Of a stretch of DNA of 64,000 bases, positions 1 to 9,396 are shown piece after piece (within the stretch, counting starts at the first letter, position 1; every line of letters starts with the position of its first letter). The DNA is taken from contig JAUHXA010000001.1 in assembly GCA_030427245.1 (NCBI GenBank), forward strand, positions 91,899 to 155,898, given 5' to 3'. Made by a program: the position numbers and the translations under genes. A model generated the notes under the pieces. The model saw only the letters and a program-made list of their open reading frames with translations, searched no databases and had not been told where the DNA came from. The DNA comes from Bacteroidia bacterium (lineage in GTDB: Bacteria; Bacteroidota; Bacteroidia; Chitinophagales; UBA2359).

Positions 1-111
1 ATCTACCGAGCGAGAAATGCAGCGATTGAAAACGTTTTGAATACCAAACAAAAATTGGAATTCAAACGAGTGCAGGAAAGCATGATGTCAAGAAAAGTAG
101 AGTTGGACTAA
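1..111 (+). CDS. 3' end of an unidentified gene (truncated by window edge)
   Basis: Frame 1 is open from the window edge (...IYRARNAAIENVLNTKQKLEFKRVQESMMSRKVELD) and ends at TAA 109-111. A hairpin terminator follows. No recognisable domain. Confidence 0.35.
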   Translation: MYRARNAAIENVLNTKQKLEFKRVQESMMSRKVELD

Positions 112-143
112 GTACATTCAGAACTTATAATCATATATTTGAG

Positions 144-178
144 GGCTTTAACGGTTTAACAACTGTTAAAGCCTTTTT
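144..178 (+). terminator. Rho-independent terminator
   Basis: GGCTTTAAC (144-152) pairs with GTTAAAGCC (165-173) and is followed by TTTTT. Confidence 0.6.
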
Positions 179-237
179 CGTATTAGCCTAAGTAAAAGTA
201 AGTCAATCACCTCAAACTCTATATCAAGCATTTACCT

Positions 238-3200
238 TTGAAAGAAATACAACCTTTTATACCTCACTTTATTCAAGAGCAATACATTGCCCGTCGGTTC
301 ACAGGAAATATTGAAGGGAGTGTATTTTTCGTTGACATATCGGGCTTTACCCTTATGACCCAACAGTTGATGAACAAAGGTCAAAAAGAAGGGGCAGAAG
401 TGTTGTCCAATATCCTCAATACTATTTTTGAGGTGATGGTCAGTGAAGTTTACTACGCACAAGGTTTTATTACTCACTTTGCAGGAGATGCCTTTACTGC
501 TATTTTTCCCACTAAAAAATTTCCTACTCCAAAACATTCTGCACTCACAGCGCTTCAATGCGCTCAAAATATTCAACTTTTTTTTCTACAAAATGGGGTT
601 CAACGTTCCAAATTTGGAAAATTTGATTTGCAGGTAAAAATTGGTTTGTCTTTTGGGCAAATAGATTGGGGGATTGTAGGAGATGAACACATAATGGGTC
701 TTCAGGCATCTAAGTTTTACTTTCGAGGACAAGCCATTGACGAAGCTACTCTTGTAGAACAACAAGCAGATAAAGGAGAAACATTACTGAGTCAAAATTT
801 CAAAACTATCCTAAAGGAAGTACCATTAAAGGGCAATTATCTGTCAGACAATATTTTTCATTTTGAAAGTTTTGAAGCTTATGGAAAAACACCTCTTTAT
901 CGTTCACAAGCACCTGAACTACCTCAAATCCAACCTACTATTCTCAATCTTTTTATCCCAAGTGAAGTCATTGCTTTACGTGAAAAAGGAGAATTTCGCA
1001 ATGTCATTTCGATTTTTATTTCTTTTAAAGGAATTGAAACCCATGAACAACTCAATATCTTCGCTTCCATTGTGTTGAAACACATTATCCGATATAAAGG
1101 AGCTCTAAAAGAAATTGACTTTGGCGATAAAGGAGCTACAATGGTAGGTTTTTTTGGCGCTCCAGTAGCCTATGAAAACAACCTTGCAAGAGCCTTGTAT
1201 TTTGCAGAAGAAGTAGCCAATGAAATTACCGAATCAAGTGCTTTGAAAACGCTACGATTTCGGATGGGGATTACTTCTGGCAAAGTTTACGCAGGTATCA
1301 TTGGAGGCTCCTACCGATGTGAATATACTTGTATTGGAGACATCGTAAACATGGCTTCCCGAATCATGATGCAAGCTCCTTGGCAGCAAATTTGGGTGAA
1401 CAATAACATTGCTACGGATGCCAATTTCACCTTTCAGAAAAAAGGAAAGTTTTACTACAAAGGTTTTGTAACCCCTGTTGAAACTTATGAGTTCTCGGGA
1501 CGAGCAAAGAAAAAAAACGTTGACCAAAACAATGTCCCTATTATCGGGCATGAGACTACTTTGGCTGAATTGCAGAAACAAATCACTCCAATTTTTGAAG
1601 GAAAAACAGCAGGCATTATCTATATTTTTGGAGAAGCAGGTATTGGAAAAACCCGTCTGGCTCATGCCCTGAAAGAAAAAACAATTTCTAAAACAACTTG
1701 GCTACATATCACTGCGGACCAAATTCTCCAAAAACCCTTTCAGCCCTTCAAGGATATGTTGATTGCTCATTTTAAATTTCCTCGACTGAAAAATACTTTG
1801 GCACAAAAATCCTACTTTAAAGTAGCATTTCAATCCCTGATTGTGAAACTCAATCACAATATGGCATTTTTACGTACAAAAGGGACTTCTCAAAAAAAGT
1901 TGCTTCGTATTTTCAAAGATGCACTCAATGAATTGAGAAGAACCGAACCTATTTTGGCCTCACAAGTAGGTATTGTATATGAAGACAACCTCTTGGAGCA
2001 TTTGGATGCAAAAGGCAAATATGAAAACACCATTTCCGCTATACAAAATTTCTTAAAAGTCTTGTCTTTGTTGAACCCTTTGGTGATACACTTGGAGGAC
2101 AGTCAATGGCTCGACCCAGACTCTATCGCCTTGCTACAAAAACTGTGCAATCACCTCACCGATTATCCAATTGCTATCTTGAGCACTGCCCGCTATAAGG
2201 ACGACGGAACCCAAGCTCTATTACCTCTAAAAGATTTCCCCTTTCACACCATCGAATTGGATTACTTACCTCCTCATCAAGTGAAAGCTTTAGCAGAAGT
2301 ACGATTGAATAGCTACAACGAAAACCCCATTTCCCTTAGTGATTCATTCTTGGAAGTATTGGTGGAACGTTCTAAAGGAAACCCTTTTTTTGTAGAACAA
2401 CTATTGCAATTTTTTGGAGAGAATCAATGGCTGCAAAATCGATTCGGAAAATGGCAATTAACCCAACACGTTGACAGCATTCCTGACAGTATTCAGGCCC
2501 TCTTGATGGCAAGGATTGACCGCCTATCCAAGCAAATAAAGCAAGTCGTAAAAGTAGCAGCCGTCATCGGGCGAGAATTCGACACACAGTTGCTTTCAAT
2601 GTTACTGAATCGAAATGTGCTGCCAGAAATGAAAGTAGCCGAAACAGAACAAGTATGGAATTTACAACGAGATACAAAAGGCATATTCAAGCATACCTTG
2701 TTGAGAGACATGGCTTATGATATGCAATTGAAGGCACAATTGCGTCAGTTGCATCAGTTGACTGCTGCTGCAATGGAAAACATTTTCCTCAAAAATATAG
2801 AGGAAAAATACGCTGATATTGCTTTTCACTATGAAAAAGCCGAAACAACAATTAAGGCCATTGAATATCTCGAAAAAGCAGGAAATTATGCAAAAGACAA
2901 CTTCCAAAACCAACAAGCTTTAGATCTATTTGAACGATTGTTGAAGCAACTCCGAAAACTAAATGACGATGATTTTATTTGGAAAATTCTATTGGAAAAA
3001 GCATCCGTTCTGAGAACGATTGGTAAATGGGATGCGGCAAAAACGACCTATCAAACTGCAATGGAATTGGCAAAAACACTGCAAAATAAAGCCTATCAAA
3101 CAGAAGTATTATACAGTCTTGCCCGAATTTATAGTTTGCAGGGAAAATACCAAGAATCCTTAGATTACTACCAACGCTGCCTTGAAGAATACGAATCCTC

Positions 3201-4293
3201 GAATGATAAAAAACAGATTGCCAATACAGTAGGCTATATGGGGGTAATTTACATCAACCTCTCACAAAACGATACAGCAGCAAAATGTTTTCAAAAGCAA
3301 ATCAGTTTGGCGAGCGAACTGGGTGACCAAAAGAATCACGCAACGGCTTTGGGAAATTTAGGCAGTCTCTTCAATCAAATCGGGAAATACCAGGCGGCCG
3401 TTGACTGTTATCAGAAAAGTTACCAATTGTTTGAAAAGATCAACTACCCCCAAAATGCTGCTATGAATCTTGCAAATATGGGAACTATCGCCACGATACA
3501 GGATGATTACGACGCAGCGATGAGCTACTATCAACAAAGCCTCCAAAGTTTTGAAAAAATTGGTTATCAACATGGCACGGCATACACAGTTGTCAATATC
3601 GGCTATACTTTTATGCAGAAGGGTTTGTATGAAGAAGCCCTCTCCTACTTCGACAAAAGCCTTCTTCTATCTTTAGAAATGAAAGATAGGCGTTTACAAG
3701 CCTTTGCCGAAGGAAATATGGGCAAGGTTTATTACCAACAACATATCTATGAAAAAGCCTTAACTTATTTAGAAAAAGCGATTGAAGGGCATGAACAAAT
3801 AGGTTTCAAACATTCATTACCCGACTGGTACTGGTCTAAAGCCCTCTGTTTGTATGAATTAATCGAATACTCAAAAGCTCTTGAATGGACTACAAAATCC
3901 ATTGAAGTCAGTCAGGCAATTGCAAGAACAGATATGCTCTTTAATGCAAAACTTTTACAAGGGAAACTGCAATATAAAGTGGGAGAAAAAAAAGCTGCAA
4001 TTGCACAATTAAAGGCTTTGTTGGAAAATAATGCGGAGGATGAGAATAAGGCAGCGGTTCATTTTGAGCTTTGGCAAATATACAGAGAGGAGATTAATCG
4101 ACAAAAAAAGGCTTCCAAAGCAAAAATAGCCTCGGAAGCCTTTGAAGAAGTATCTAAAAAAGATACTTTGCTGGAGATGGAAAAAAATCACCATCAAGAA
4201 GCTCTTCAATTGTTTCAAAAGTTGTTCGCAACTAAACCCAAAAAAGAATTTGAATCCAAGATAGCTCTACTAATCAAACAATATAACGGTTGA
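238..4293 (+). CDS. Signalling protein: two class III adenylate/guanylate cyclase domains + AAA/STAND P-loop ATPase + TPR array
   Basis: 1351-aa ORF. There is no in-frame ATG upstream of the first catalytic motif, so TTG at 238 is the likely start. Cyclase domain 1: FFVDISGFT...FAGDAF. Cyclase domain 2: RMGITSGKVYAGIIGG...IGDIVNMASRI. Walker A is GEAGIGKT, with a Walker B-like VIHLEDSQWLD. The C-terminal ~500 aa are TPR-like repeats (e.g. ALGNLGSLFNQIGKYQAAVDCYQKS). Confidence 0.85.
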   Translation: MKEIQPFIPHFIQEQYIARRFTGNIEGSVFFVDISGFTLMTQQLMNKGQKEGAEVLSNILNTIFEVMVSEVYYAQGFITHFAGDAFTAIFPTKKFPTPKHSALTALQCAQNIQLFFLQNGVQRSKFGKFDLQVKIGLSFGQIDWGIVGDEHIMGLQASKFYFRGQAIDEATLVEQQADKGETLLSQNFKTILKEVPLKGNYLSDNIFHFESFEAYGKTPLYRSQAPELPQIQPTILNLFIPSEVIALREKGEFRNVISIFISFKGIETHEQLNIFASIVLKHIIRYKGALKEIDFGDKGATMVGFFGAPVAYENNLARALYFAEEVANEITESSALKTLRFRMGITSGKVYAGIIGGSYRCEYTCIGDIVNMASRIMMQAPWQQIWVNNNIATDANFTFQKKGKFYYKGFVTPVETYEFSGRAKKKNVDQNNVPIIGHETTLAELQKQITPIFEGKTAGIIYIFGEAGIGKTRLAHALKEKTISKTTWLHITADQILQKPFQPFKDMLIAHFKFPRLKNTLAQKSYFKVAFQSLIVKLNHNMAFLRTKGTSQKKLLRIFKDALNELRRTEPILASQVGIVYEDNLLEHLDAKGKYENTISAIQNFLKVLSLLNPLVIHLEDSQWLDPDSIALLQKLCNHLTDYPIAILSTARYKDDGTQALLPLKDFPFHTIELDYLPPHQVKALAEVRLNSYNENPISLSDSFLEVLVERSKGNPFFVEQLLQFFGENQWLQNRFGKWQLTQHVDSIPDSIQALLMARIDRLSKQIKQVVKVAAVIGREFDTQLLSMLLNRNVLPEMKVAETEQVWNLQRDTKGIFKHTLLRDMAYDMQLKAQLRQLHQLTAAAMENIFLKNIEEKYADIAFHYEKAETTIKAIEYLEKAGNYAKDNFQNQQALDLFERLLKQLRKLNDDDFIWKILLEKASVLRTIGKWDAAKTTYQTAMELAKTLQNKAYQTEVLYSLARIYSLQGKYQESLDYYQRCLEEYESSNDKKQIANTVGYMGVIYINLSQNDTAAKCFQKQISLASELGDQKNHATALGNLGSLFNQIGKYQAAVDCYQKSYQLFEKINYPQNAAMNLANMGTIATIQDDYDAAMSYYQQSLQSFEKIGYQHGTAYTVVNIGYTFMQKGLYEEALSYFDKSLLLSLEMKDRRLQAFAEGNMGKVYYQQHIYEKALTYLEKAIEGHEQIGFKHSLPDWYWSKALCLYELIEYSKALEWTTKSIEVSQAIARTDMLFNAKLLQGKLQYKVGEKKAAIAQLKALLENNAEDENKAAVHFELWQIYREEINRQKKASKAKIASEAFEEVSKKDTLLEMEKNHHQEALQLFQKLFATKPKKEFESKIALLIKQYNG

Positions 4294-4319
4294 TAGCAAA
4301 ATTAACCCCTATCTGTTTG

Positions 4320-4496
4320 TTAATTAGAAGGTTTCGTTTTAGCTTGCTGAGAAGCAGCAACCTGTTGCGATTTTTTAGCCAACTCTTGTACATTGAGCAT
4401 ATCTCCAATCAATAAAGGTTGGTAATGCTCACTTTGAAGAGTATTGGGAGAAGGATAGAAATTACTGTCTAAAGAATTGAAAAAAGATGTAATCAT
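4320..4496 (-). CDS. Small hypothetical ORF (58 aa)
   Basis: ATG (rc of 4494-4496) to TAA (rc of 4320-4322): MITSFFNSLDSNFYPSPNTLQSEHYQPLLIGDMLNVQELAKKSQQVAASQQAKTKPSN. It lies between two convergent genes. No supporting motif. Confidence 0.2.
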   Translation of the reverse strand: MITSFFNSLDSNFYPSPNTLQSEHYQPLLIGDMLNVQELAKKSQQVAASQQAKTKPSN

Positions 4497-4718
4497 GAGT
4501 TTTTAAGGTTTGGTTTAGACTTACTAAAGTACAACAATTTTAGGAGTTTTGCAAATAAAATAGGAAGTAGTCTATGAAAAATGATTAAAGAAATTTAGAC
4601 TTTGGACGAAGGAAATAGGGAGTTGTAAATTTTGAAGAATACTCAAAAAGAAAAAGGAAGTCCGAAACGAATCGAACTCCCTTTTGACTAAACCAAACTA
4701 AAATGATAAGAATTATGA

Positions 4719-7523
4719 CTATTCTTTAATTATTTTTACCTGATGAATTGCTTGTCCATTTTGAGAAAGCTGCAATAGGTACATTCCTTTTGCAAGTTGA
4801 CTCGCATCTACTTCTATAGAATTTGCTCCTACTTCTATAGAAACCTCTTTTTGCAGTAAACGCTGCCCCATGATGTTAAAAATTTGCAATTCTGCGTTTA
4901 TTTCTTGCGAAGCATTGAAGAAAACGACAGTTTGACCTCTAACAGGATTTGGTGCAACATTGAAGTCATTGATACCTGCCAAAATCAAGTTTTCAATTGA
5001 AGAAGAAAAATCAGCCGCTATGTTTCCGTTTGCCCGTACAAAATTTGCATCTTCAAAACTTGGTATATCTGCACTGATAGTCACTGCAAAAGGCTCACTT
5101 GGAATATTGAGGATTTCGATGTGAACAGTATAAGTTCCGTAAGGAATTCCTTCAAAAGAATAGTTCCCTTGTGCATCTGTATGGGTAAAACCAACAGGAT
5201 TACCGTCTGCATCCAACAAGATAACCATGATTCCGCCCACTTCACTCAAGCTTTTACCTGCTCCATCCGAAATATTGCCGCCAATAAATCCTGGTCCACC
5301 AGGGTTTTCACCTGCTACCATATTGATATCAATGCCAAATACATTGCCATCTACTGCAACAGTTGTTGCATCCATCCAAGAAAGCACTCCATCATAGTAA
5401 GTTGGGAGATAATCATTGTAGAGAGGTGACCATACATTCATTGCAGCTTTCACCAAATATTCGCTGCCTTCTTCCAATCCGTCAAAACAGTAGAAAGAAA
5501 AGCTGCTGCTGTCGCCTTGTCCCCATCCAAAACCAATCGCAATCGTAGAATCTACGGCAGTCAAGGTATTGTTTTCGGCATCGTATTCGATTAGGTAAAC
5601 AGTCGCATCATAAGTAGTAGGCGCATTGAAGTTGTTGGCAACATTGATGCTTCCACACAAACTCAATCCTGTAGGCTGCCATCCGCCATCTCCTGCAATG
5701 AGGCTCACACACATATCGCTCACACATCCATCAGCTGTTACGACTGTCAAGCAAGCGGTATAAGTGCCATCTTCATAGGTGTGCATTGGGTTTTGTTCGG
5801 TAGAACTCGCACCATCACCAAAATCCCATTGCCAAGCTACCACATCTTGTGATGACCAATCTTCAAACTGGAAAATATTGCCGGGTGTTGTTGCTGTTCC
5901 ATCTGTTGAATACGTACTAAATTCGGCATAACAAACATCCCATTGCCCTTCTTCTACCAAAATATCTTGACAAATCGTGTCTTCACAACCTACATTGTTG
6001 GTTATCGTCAAACAAACCGTATAAGTACCTACCTCCTCATAAGTGTGGACTTCCTGTGGGCCAAAACCAGTTGTACCATCTCCAAAATCCCAAGTCCATG
6101 AAGTTGGATTGCCCAACGAACAGTCCAAGAAATTAACCGTCAATCCTCCAAATCCTGGGTCGATAATCACTACGGTATCCAATACTGCACTGTCGCCAGG
6201 CAATGCACTATGCCAAAAATGTGCTTCGCAATCGGCTGGATTCCAAATATTAATAACAGAACATTGCTGACTACTGCAACCATCATTTGTAGTAATTGTC
6301 AAACAAACAACATATTCTCCATAGTCTGCATAAGCATGTGACGGATTTTGTTCAGTTGAAAAAGTTCCATCTCCAAAATCCCATTCCCAAGAGGTCGCAT
6401 TGTCAGTAGAAAAATCTTCAAAATTATAACTCAATGTGCTACTGTCTTGTGAAAGAAAATAGTAAAATTCTGCAAAACAAAACCCTTCACCACTCACATA
6501 AATATCTTCGCAATAGGTCGAAGTACAGCCTGTATCGTTGGTTATCGTCAAACAAACCGTGTACACTCCTGTTTCGTTGTAGGTATGAATGATTTGAGGG
6601 CCTGTCAAGAGGGTATTGTCCCCCATATCCCATTCCCATAAACCTGCTCCTGTCGAACCATCCCAAAAGGTGACTGTTAAACCACCTCCACCAATAGGAG
6701 TACCGTTTCCAGTCGAATCATTGGCAGTATGGTAGAAATAAGCAGTGCATAGAGAATCAGTACCTCCTCCACCATTGGCGAGCTCATCGTATAAGTTTTG
6801 GCAGATTCCATCCCAATCGCTATTGCAACAGTAAGAATCAGCCGCAATGACCTCCAAGAAGATAGAATCATCTGCTGCATAAGGTGCGGCTCCATTTAGA
6901 ATCGTCAGACAGTCCACTGACGCATTTGCAGTAGAAATCACTTGACAGTTGGTGTCTTCGCAACCTATTGCATTGATTACAGTCAAGCAGACTGTATAAT
7001 TCCCTTCCTCAGCATATACATGGATGGGGTTTTGTTCGGTTGAAGTATTGCCATCTCCAAAATCCCATGTCCATGCAATCCCGTCAGAAGTATTGCCATT
7101 GTTAGAGAAATCCGTAAAAGCCGTAGTTGTGCCATTGGTCGTTGCAAAGAAACCCGCCCAAATATAGCACCCAGTAGAATCTGTTCCGCCACCTCCATCA
7201 TCATTAACAATGATGTCTTGGCAAAATACTGCCTGACATCCCCCATTCGTGGTAATGTATAAACAAATAGAATAAACACCTGCTCCAAAAATAGTTTCGA
7301 CCATCACATTTTGACCTGTCATGCTGAAACCTTGTCCGATAGACCAAAACCATTCTGTTACAAAATCAGAAGGGTCTGCCAAAGTCGCATTTCCGCTTAG
7401 GGTAATCGCATACTCCTCAACTGTGGCTGAAAAATCAACACTACAATCGCCCGAACCTACTGGTTGTGCCTGTAAAATCATTACAGAAAAGAGCATCAAA
7501 AAAATACTTAGAAGTTTTTGCAT
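4719..7523 (-). CDS. Secreted PKD-repeat protein with T9SS C-terminal sorting domain
   Basis: 934 aa with a signal peptide (MQKLLSIFLMLFSVMILQAQP). Six PKD-like repeats carry the signature W.WDFGDG..S.EQNP.H.Y...G.Y.V.L. A CarboxypepD_reg/SdrD-B-like segment follows (DADGNPVGFTHTDAQGNYSFEGIPYGTYTVHIE). The C-terminal ~80 aa match the typical Por/T9SS tail (FNVAPNPVRG...MYLLQLSQNGQAIHQVKIIKE). Confidence 0.85.
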   Translation of the reverse strand: MQKLLSIFLMLFSVMILQAQPVGSGDCSVDFSATVEEYAITLSGNATLADPSDFVTEWFWSIGQGFSMTGQNVMVETIFGAGVYSICLYITTNGGCQAVFCQDIIVNDDGGGGTDSTGCYIWAGFFATTNGTTTAFTDFSNNGNTSDGIAWTWDFGDGNTSTEQNPIHVYAEEGNYTVCLTVINAIGCEDTNCQVISTANASVDCLTILNGAAPYAADDSIFLEVIAADSYCCNSDWDGICQNLYDELANGGGGTDSLCTAYFYHTANDSTGNGTPIGGGGLTVTFWDGSTGAGLWEWDMGDNTLLTGPQIIHTYNETGVYTVCLTITNDTGCTSTYCEDIYVSGEGFCFAEFYYFLSQDSSTLSYNFEDFSTDNATSWEWDFGDGTFSTEQNPSHAYADYGEYVVCLTITTNDGCSSQQCSVINIWNPADCEAHFWHSALPGDSAVLDTVVIIDPGFGGLTVNFLDCSLGNPTSWTWDFGDGTTGFGPQEVHTYEEVGTYTVCLTITNNVGCEDTICQDILVEEGQWDVCYAEFSTYSTDGTATTPGNIFQFEDWSSQDVVAWQWDFGDGASSTEQNPMHTYEDGTYTACLTVVTADGCVSDMCVSLIAGDGGWQPTGLSLCGSINVANNFNAPTTYDATVYLIEYDAENNTLTAVDSTIAIGFGWGQGDSSSFSFYCFDGLEEGSEYLVKAAMNVWSPLYNDYLPTYYDGVLSWMDATTVAVDGNVFGIDINMVAGENPGGPGFIGGNISDGAGKSLSEVGGIMVILLDADGNPVGFTHTDAQGNYSFEGIPYGTYTVHIEILNIPSEPFAVTISADIPSFEDANFVRANGNIAADFSSSIENLILAGINDFNVAPNPVRGQTVVFFNASQEINAELQIFNIMGQRLLQKEVSIEVGANSIEVDASQLAKGMYLLQLSQNGQAIHQVKIIKE

Positions 7524-7623
7524 AATTTTTATTACTTTTATGTTGTAAAAAATCGTTGAGAGGCAGGACTACTTTTTGGATGCTTAATCTGGATAGTTCC
7601 GCCTCTTTTTGTTTGAGTAAAAT

Positions 7624-9060
7624 TTAAAATACCATTATTCGCTTTACAATAATTCCCACTTTCGTTTTGATCTGCAATAAGTACACCCCTTGTCTCCAAT
7701 TCTTCAAAGACAGTTCAATAGATTTTTGGTGAGGAGTTAATGTTTGATGCAGCATTTTTTCGCCCATCAAATTCGTAATTTCTATAGAAGTGCCTTGTAT
7801 GCGCTCTAAATTGATATACAAATAGTTATCCGTAGGGTTGGGGTAAAAGTCCAAAATATGGTCAATTACTTTATCTTCAATGTTGGTACTTGTATCATCA
7901 AAAACTGTCACATCACCTACACCAGTAATTGGAACGACCTCTCCCATACTATTCACCGCTCGCACTTCCAAAAAATCAAAGGAGATGTCTTGAGAGGCAA
8001 CTTTCTTTTTGCCGTCAATAAAATCTTCCATAATGAAAGTCAAAACACCAAAAACCCCTGAACCTCCTGTATTCTGTTGGTTGATGCGGCTAATGGCAGC
8101 TTCAATGCGTCCATTTCCCAAGTTTTTTTGCAGTGAAATCGTGTTTTCTTCATCTCCAATAAAAGAAGGCGGAAAGTTGATTTCCATTGTTCCAGAATCT
8201 TCTACATTGTGGTTAATGGAAAAAGCCAAACCATAAATATCAGTTGTATCACCACTCTCGCTCAAAATAATATTGGCTACTACAGTATCTCCAATGCTCA
8301 CCGAATCATTCAGAAAATCCAATACAATCGCAAAATCTGCATCCTCCATTTGTTCAACTCCTTTTTTAGCATGTATTAAGCCATAATTTTGGTCAATCAC
8401 TTCAACGTCAAAGGAATCTATCTTTCCATCTCCATTAGCATCAATGTATTTGTAGTTCAAAAAATGATTGCCTTCCAACTCCAATGAATCCTGCCAATCA
8501 TTGGCTTGCTGTGGAATCCAAAAGCTATTCGGAACGCCTCTTGTAGGGCCTTCTGTACCATAGGTCAAGCCAACCGGCAATACATCCCAAATATTTGCCC
8601 GACCACTATTATTGGTGTCTCCTGGCCACACACAGTCTGTTTCACAATCTGCTACGATTGTCACCGTTGCTGTATTTGTAAACAAAGTATCAGAACTACT
8701 CACATAACAAATGTGAATCGTATAGTCAAATTGATCAATAAAAGTACTGTCGCCAAACTCAAAAGGCACGTACAACATTTGTTTCGCAAAATCGTCCCAA
8801 TGTGCCAAACCGTATTGAGGGTTCGATGGGAGAATCAATACAATCGCACTATCGGGTAGAATGTCATTTGCCAAAATATCTATCGGAATGAAGTTAATCG
8901 CTTCAATAGGAGTAGCGATGTAGAGCGTATCATCTATCGCTTCAATATCGGGTAAAGTCTGCGTACCACCAATAGGCTGTGCGCTGAGTGTTGGAATATG
9001 TAAAACCCAACAACAGACCATCAAAAAAATTATTTTTTTAAAGAAAATAAGGTGATTCAT
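7624..9060 (-). CDS. Secreted protein with dockerin/EF-hand-like loops and T9SS C-terminal sorting domain
   Basis: 478 aa with a signal peptide (…HIPTLSAQP). Two D.N.(S/D)G...D calcium-loop-like motifs are present (DTNNSGRANIWDV, DANGDGKIDSFDV). The C-terminal T9SS tail reads FYPNPTDNYLYINL...GVYLLQIKTKVGIIVKRIMVF. Confidence 0.7.
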   Translation of the reverse strand: MNHLIFFKKIIFLMVCCWVLHIPTLSAQPIGGTQTLPDIEAIDDTLYIATPIEAINFIPIDILANDILPDSAIVLILPSNPQYGLAHWDDFAKQMLYVPFEFGDSTFIDQFDYTIHICYVSSSDTLFTNTATVTIVADCETDCVWPGDTNNSGRANIWDVLPVGLTYGTEGPTRGVPNSFWIPQQANDWQDSLELEGNHFLNYKYIDANGDGKIDSFDVEVIDQNYGLIHAKKGVEQMEDADFAIVLDFLNDSVSIGDTVVANIILSESGDTTDIYGLAFSINHNVEDSGTMEINFPPSFIGDEENTISLQKNLGNGRIEAAISRINQQNTGGSGVFGVLTFIMEDFIDGKKKVASQDISFDFLEVRAVNSMGEVVPITGVGDVTVFDDTSTNIEDKVIDHILDFYPNPTDNYLYINLERIQGTSIEITNLMGEKMLHQTLTPHQKSIELSLKNWRQGVYLLQIKTKVGIIVKRIMVF

Positions 9061-9396
9061 TCGCTGACATTTTAGCTTGTACGTTATTTCTACTACAAAA
9101 ATGCACTCTATTCAAAGCCTAAAAAAATACATTTTGATGCCATTTCCATTAATTTCCGAAGGTTTTGAGGAGTTTTACAAAAAAGTTTACTCTCCACAAA
9201 ACACTATTTATCAATACTTTAACCTTAGAAACAGGTCTTTTTTTCATCTACAAAAAAGACCTGTTTCCGAAAAAAAAGTGTATTTTACATCTAAAATTTG
9301 AATTTTCATATGCGAGAATAAAGAAGACGCTATGAGAATATTTTTTCTCTCTTGTATCTTCCTACCTCTCGCCTCCCATCTGGTCAACCCACTCCA

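Noticed and set aside
232-576. Antisense or alternative-frame ORFs listed within long genes across the window (e.g. 232-576, 5121-5429, 9695-10066, 14460-14687, 23230-23583, 60012-60434)
   Set aside because: Each is embedded in or antisense to a much longer ORF with clear domain motifs. They have no start context, and their composition is typical of out-of-frame translation in AT-rich DNA.
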